Positions 59,681 through 64,000 of a DNA stretch of 64,000 nt are shown here, in pieces; position 1 is the stretch's first letter; every line of letters begins with the position of its first letter. The DNA is taken from NCBI GenBank assembly GCA_965218795.1, contig OZ244653.1, positions 4,416,001-4,480,000 of the forward strand. Direction: 5' to 3'. Source of the DNA: a bacterium. Its GTDB lineage: Bacteria; UBA8248; JACPRG01; G963555815. The position numbers and the translations under genes are program-made. The notes beneath the pieces were generated by a model that saw nothing but the letters and a program-made list of their open reading frames with translations, was not told the DNA's origin and did no database searches.

Positions 59681-60892
59681 TCAATGCGCCCCTCCCCGGT
59701 CTCTCCAAAATCGGCAATAGGCATGGTACAGGAGTTTCCACTTGCTTTTCCGCCAACACTGCAAGGGGTCCAGCCCTTCGTGCATGATGCAGATATTGCA
59801 GGAGGTGCAGTCGACGAGCCCCCGCCGCCCGTTTTGGATTTGATGGACGATGTCGGGCTCGCGGATGTACGTGCGGGCCATCCCGATGAAATCCGCATCG
59901 CCCGAGGCGAGAATCCGCTCCATGGTTTCCGTCTTTCGCAGGCCGCCGACGAGAATCACGGGGACCGTGAGCCGCTTCTTCATGGCCTGGGCAAAGGGGA
60001 GAAAATAGGCCTCCGGCCCTTCAGAGGCGGCCAAGCGGTGAAATATCCAGTCCTGAAACGACCGCCGGGGCCCGACTCCGGCATAGGTTCCGCAGCTATC
60101 GCTGACCTTCTCCATCACCCCGCACGACACTTCGATGCCGTTCAGTCCCATCGATTCCAGCCGGTCCGCCCGGTCGACGCTTTCCTCAGTGGTCAGTCCT
60201 CCCTCGACGGTGTCCGCTACGCCCAGCTTGAGCGTCACCGGGAAATCCGGGCCTGCGGCCTCCCGCACCTTCTCATAAACCGAGAACAAAAACCGGCTTC
60301 GACGCTCCGGGTCACCGCCCCATTCATCTTCACGGCGGTTGGCATGAGGCGAGTTGAACTCGCTGGCGAGATAACCGTTGGCGCTATGAATGTGAATCCC
60401 GTCGAAGCCGGCTTCGACCGCCCGGCGGGCTCCGGCTCCAAAGGCCTCGATGGTCTCCTCGATCTGGTCTGTGGTCATCTGGATGGGAAGGCGGTCCGTC
60501 AGGGCGTTCGGAACCACCGAAGGCGCGAGCGGCGTCACGGAAGGGACGCGGCACTGGCTGCCCGCGTGGGCGAGTTGGGCGAATAGGGCGCCGCCTTCGC
60601 CATGGACCGTCCGGACCAGCTCGGAGAGACCGGGAATGAGCGCGTCATGATGGATCCCGGTCTGCCTGTGGAAGTACTGACCCGATGGGTGGGTATACAG
60701 ATGGCCCGTGATGATCAGACCCACGCCTCCCCGCGCCAAGTCCCGATAGAGGTTCTTCAGGGGCCCGGTCACCTCTCCGCGTTCCGAAGCCATCGTTTCA
60801 GATGTCGCTGAGCGGATGAATCGGTTTTTCAGTGTGATCCGACCCAACCGACCCGGATCAAACAGGGAAGCGCCGGCCATCTTGTTCTCCAA
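59681..60892 (-). CDS. NADH:flavin oxidoreductase (Old Yellow Enzyme family) with a C-terminal CxxCxxC...C motif
   Basis: LKNRFIRSAT, GFDGIHIHSANGYL, NRREDEWGG, CTSCNIC...C. Confidence 0.9.
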   Translation of the reverse strand: MENKMAGASLFDPGRLGRITLKNRFIRSATSETMASERGEVTGPLKNLYRDLARGGVGLIITGHLYTHPSGQYFHRQTGIHHDALIPGLSELVRTVHGEGGALFAQLAHAGSQCRVPSVTPLAPSVVPNALTDRLPIQMTTDQIEETIEAFGAGARRAVEAGFDGIHIHSANGYLASEFNSPHANRREDEWGGDPERRSRFLFSVYEKVREAAGPDFPVTLKLGVADTVEGGLTTEESVDRADRLESMGLNGIEVSCGVMEKVSDSCGTYAGVGPRRSFQDWIFHRLAASEGPEAYFLPFAQAMKKRLTVPVILVGGLRKTETMERILASGDADFIGMARTYIREPDIVHQIQNGRRGLVDCTSCNICIMHEGLDPLQCWRKSKWKLLYHAYCRFWRDRGGAH

Positions 60893-60916
60893 GGCGTAGA
60901 ATTGCAGCCCGCCGGT

Positions 60917-61630
60917 TTACAGGGCGCGAAGAATATTCTCCTTCGCAAACAGGATATGCCGCTCCATGATCTTCCTCGCCTTTGCGGAATCCCCCGCCTC
61001 CAGGGAATCCAGCAGGTCCTGGTGATCTTTCTTGGCGTACGCGACCGGGTCGCGGGGCTGCGCGATTTCCAGATGGATCACCCGCTCCATCCGATCGAGG
61101 ACCTGGACAGTCGATTCGTAGAGCAGTCGGTTCTTTGCCGCTCCGGCGACCAGCTCATGAAACCGCCGGTTTAATCGCGGGAATTCTTCCAGGCGTCCTT
61201 CTTCCTCGAACCTCGAAGAGGATTCGACCACCTCGCGGAGGGCATCCAGCTCCTCTTTTCCGATCCGTTTCGCGGCGAACTCGGCCGTGCCCCGTTCGAT
61301 GACCAGGCGGATCTCGATGGTTTCGAGGACGTTCTGAAGGCTGATGGGCGAGATTTGATATCCGCGGCCGTGTAAGGACTGGACGAACCCGTCCCGTTGA
61401 AGCAGGGTCAGGGCCTCGCGGACGGGCGTTTTGCTCACGCCGAAGCGTTCAGCGAGAAGTCCCTCTAAAATCATCTCCTCCGGTGGCAACTCGGCCGTGA
61501 TGATCTCCTGCTTGAGGACGCGATAGATTTTTTCTTTGAGCGATAGGGTGGATTCGTCTCTCGGGCTTCGGTTGCGGGCCCGCAATTTTCTGCTTCGCGC
61601 CTTCGTTCCCGGTCCGGCATTCATCGGCAA
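60917..61630 (-). CDS. GntR/FCD transcriptional regulator
   Basis: LAERFGVSKTPVREAL HTH; N..FH...A.N..L and H..L FCD motifs. Confidence 0.93.
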   Translation of the reverse strand: MPMNAGPGTKARSRKLRARNRSPRDESTLSLKEKIYRVLKQEIITAELPPEEMILEGLLAERFGVSKTPVREALTLLQRDGFVQSLHGRGYQISPISLQNVLETIEIRLVIERGTAEFAAKRIGKEELDALREVVESSSRFEEEGRLEEFPRLNRRFHELVAGAAKNRLLYESTVQVLDRMERVIHLEIAQPRDPVAYAKKDHQDLLDSLEAGDSAKARKIMERHILFAKENILRAL

Positions 61631-61807
61631 TTCACCTCACGCGGATTGAACCGACTCCGTTCCGCCGCTGTGGAGCGTCGCCTCCAACCCCTTGCATTGG
61701 GTCCCCGAAGGAGGTCCTCATTTGCCGGACCCCGCCGCCTTTGCCCCATGGCGGGAGGGTTACATGCCCTTGCAGGCGTTCGATGATCGCAAGAAACATC
61801 GGCTCCA

Positions 61808-61824
61808 GGGTGATCATATCACCC
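61808..61824. promoter_or_regulatory. Candidate operator in the divergent gntR/rid promoter
   Basis: Perfect inverted repeat GGGTGAT-CAT-ATCACCC next to an AT-rich promoter-like tract (~61840-61875). Confidence 0.4.
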
Positions 61825-61934
61825 GCCGAATCGACAAGAAATATCTTGAGTTGATATGAGAAATATGTATACTGCGTGGGGTTCCCGGAAAATTGAATCT
61901 TTCACAAAGGACAGCCCCTCCTGGAGGCGCGGCA

Positions 61935-63200
61935 ATGGGCAAAAAACAGGTTACGGCGGACTCCGTTCCGAGCTCTCTGCTTCACGCTCCCCACGCGGTC
62001 CGAAGCGGTCCGTTCGTGTTTGTTTCCGGCTTGTACGCGGCGGATTTTGAAACCGGAATTCCCGTGCGGTCCAACCCTGTCTTCCCCTTCGCGGGCAAGA
62101 CGGACATAGAGCTTCAAACGGAATATATTCTTGCAACCCTCCAGAAAATCCTTCAGGCGGCGGGGACTGACCTGGGGCAGGTGGTCAAGACCGAGGTCTT
62201 TCTGACCGAACCCCAACTCCTTCCCTGGATGGAGGAGGTCTGGCGGGAGTGGTTCCCCAAGGATCCACCGGCCCGCACAATCATCGAGGTGGGGGACGAG
62301 CACATCATTCCCGGGGCCCTTGTCGAGGTCTATGCGATCGCGGTGGTGCCGGATGGGAACGCCCGCAAAGAAGTTGTCAGCCCGCCGGACTTCCCCAAGA
62401 CCTGGGAGCATTGCTCCCCGGCCGTCAAAGCCGGCCCCTTTCTGTTTCACTCCGGGTTGCCGGCCACGGATTCGGAGACCGGAATTCCTGTGGGGAAGGA
62501 TCCTCAATTCCCTTACTACCGCAACAACGCGGAGGATCAGGCCGAGTATATCCTTTCGAACATGGAGAAATGCGCCCAGGCGGCGGGCACGACCCTGCAA
62601 AACGCGATCAAGTCCCAGCACTACCATGTGGACCGCGACGACTTTCACGCCATCGACCGGGTCTGGAAGAAGTATATGAGCGTCCCCCCGCCGCGGAGCT
62701 CCATGGAGATCAAGGGGTTCATGGTGCCGGGCGCGCTCACCACGGCGAACTTGATGACCCTGGTCCCCGATGATCAGCATCAGAAGCGGGAGATTCTGTA
62801 CGACGAACAGTTTCACCCGAGCATGCGAAACGTCCATTTTTCGCCTGCAATGGAGGCCGGGGATTGGCTGTTTCTGGCCGGGCAGGTGGCCAGCGACTTC
62901 AAGGAGCCCGTCTATGGGGTTCATCCTGAAATGCCCCATTACGGGATCGATATCTCGATCCAGACCGAGTACGTCTTGAACAACCTGAAGGAACTGTTGG
63001 AGAACTGCGGCGCGACGCTGGACGATGTGGTACAGGCGCACATTTACCTGTTGGAACCCAGAAGAGACTACCGGGGTTTCGAGCGCGTCTGGCGCCGGTT
63101 CATCCCCGAGCGTCCGCCCGCCACGACGATCATTCCCAGCACCGGGATCATGTTTCACGGTCCGCTGATCGAGATCGATTTCATCGCGAAAAAAGGCTGA
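61935..63200 (+). CDS. Triple-domain Rid protein
   Basis: Three Rid repeats with PPARTI, PPPRSS and PPATTI; GGAGG RBS before ATG 61935. Confidence 0.87.
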   Translation: MGKKQVTADSVPSSLLHAPHAVRSGPFVFVSGLYAADFETGIPVRSNPVFPFAGKTDIELQTEYILATLQKILQAAGTDLGQVVKTEVFLTEPQLLPWMEEVWREWFPKDPPARTIIEVGDEHIIPGALVEVYAIAVVPDGNARKEVVSPPDFPKTWEHCSPAVKAGPFLFHSGLPATDSETGIPVGKDPQFPYYRNNAEDQAEYILSNMEKCAQAAGTTLQNAIKSQHYHVDRDDFHAIDRVWKKYMSVPPPRSSMEIKGFMVPGALTTANLMTLVPDDQHQKREILYDEQFHPSMRNVHFSPAMEAGDWLFLAGQVASDFKEPVYGVHPEMPHYGIDISIQTEYVLNNLKELLENCGATLDDVVQAHIYLLEPRRDYRGFERVWRRFIPERPPATTIIPSTGIMFHGPLIEIDFIAKKG

Positions 63201-63266
63201 GCGGGAAGAAGAGGGCGAATCGTTCGCCCGCCGATAACGGATTGCCCATTTTTCGGGAGGAGGTTC

Positions 63267-64000
63267 ATGAAACCGAAAGTCATCACGTCCAACGCACCCA
63301 CGCCGCTCGCCAATTACTCGGAGGGTTTTCGTGTGGGCGATTTCATCCTCGCCGCGGGCCAGCTCGCCAGCGATTACAAGACGGGCATCCCGCCCGAAGC
63401 CACACTGGCTGCGGCGTTTCCTTATTACGGGTCCGAAATCAAGCGGCAGGCCGATTACATTCTCAGGAACCTCAAGATGACCTTTGAGGCCGCCGGCTCG
63501 TCCCTGGACAACGTCGTCAAAGCCCAGGTGTTCTTGACCGACCTCAACCTTTTCAACGCCTTTGACGAGGTATGGAAGCAGTACTTCAAAAGCCCCCCGC
63601 CGCGGACGACCGTCGGTACGACGGGTCTTCTGGTGAAGGACACCCTGGTCGAGATCGACCTCATCGGTTACGTTCCCAGGAAGGGGCTCAAGGCCCAGGC
63701 GGTCAAATCCGGCGCGCCGCAGCCTCTGGCGAATTACACCGAGGCCATCCGGGTCGGAGACTTTGTTTTCGCCGCCGGCCAGCTCGCCAGCGACTTCAAG
63801 ACCGGCGTGCCGTCCGAAGCCAAGGTAGACCCCGCCTTCCCGTACTACGGATCGGACATCAAGCGGCAAGCGCATTACATCCTCAAGAATCTGAAAAAGA
63901 CCTTCCAGGCCGCAGGGACGTCCCTGGACAACGTTGTCAAGGCCCAGGTCTTCATGATGGATCTCAAGGACTTCAATGCGTTCGACGAGGTATGGCGGGA
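63267..64000 (+). CDS. Multi-domain Rid protein, 3'-truncated by the window (absent from the ORF track)
   Basis: GGAGGAGG + ATG 63267; MKPKVITSNAPTPLANYSE...AGQLASDYKTG...PPPRTT...VEIDL, then a second very similar domain. Confidence 0.88.
   Translation, partial: MKPKVITSNAPTPLANYSEGFRVGDFILAAGQLASDYKTGIPPEATLAAAFPYYGSEIKRQADYILRNLKMTFEAAGSSLDNVVKAQVFLTDLNLFNAFDEVWKQYFKSPPPRTTVGTTGLLVKDTLVEIDLIGYVPRKGLKAQAVKSGAPQPLANYTEAIRVGDFVFAAGQLASDFKTGVPSEAKVDPAFPYYGSDIKRQAHYILKNLKKTFQAAGTSLDNVVKAQVFMMDLKDFNAFDEVWR

Noticed and set aside
61902-63875. 657-aa minus-strand ORF with internal repeats
   Set aside because: Antisense shadow of the repeated Rid domains.

Overview
A GC-rich bacterial chromosomal window dominated by nutrient-scavenging and catabolic genes. 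These include orphan NMT1/THI5 and BMP binding proteins, TRAP and sugar-type ABC transporters, and many C-N hydrolases (amidohydrolases, amidase, nitrilase-like, isochorismatase, M20/M24). There are also SDRs, ThDP enzymes, a lone xanthine-dehydrogenase-type Mo subunit and four multi-domain Rid (RidA/YjgF) proteins. Three accessory or defence patches interrupt this: ImmA/IrrE peptidase + PIN at 1-1.3 kb; HipA-HIRAN with two VapBC-type modules and type I R-M scars at 15.9-20 kb; and a non-canonical dndC-HNH-DGQHR(dndB-like) trio at 24.6-28.3 kb. The strongest hidden signal is a probable DUF3179-like selenoprotein (in-frame TGA in a UxxC motif followed by a SECIS-like hairpin, plus a duplicated C-terminal domain) heading an ABC transporter operon. 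Intergenic DNA contains REP/REPIN-like palindromes, a dispersed ~230-bp repeat, mini-IS elements and many short gene stumps, suggesting ongoing genome erosion. No rRNA, tRNA or CRISPR array was seen. All family calls come from motif recognition by eye; no database searches were run.
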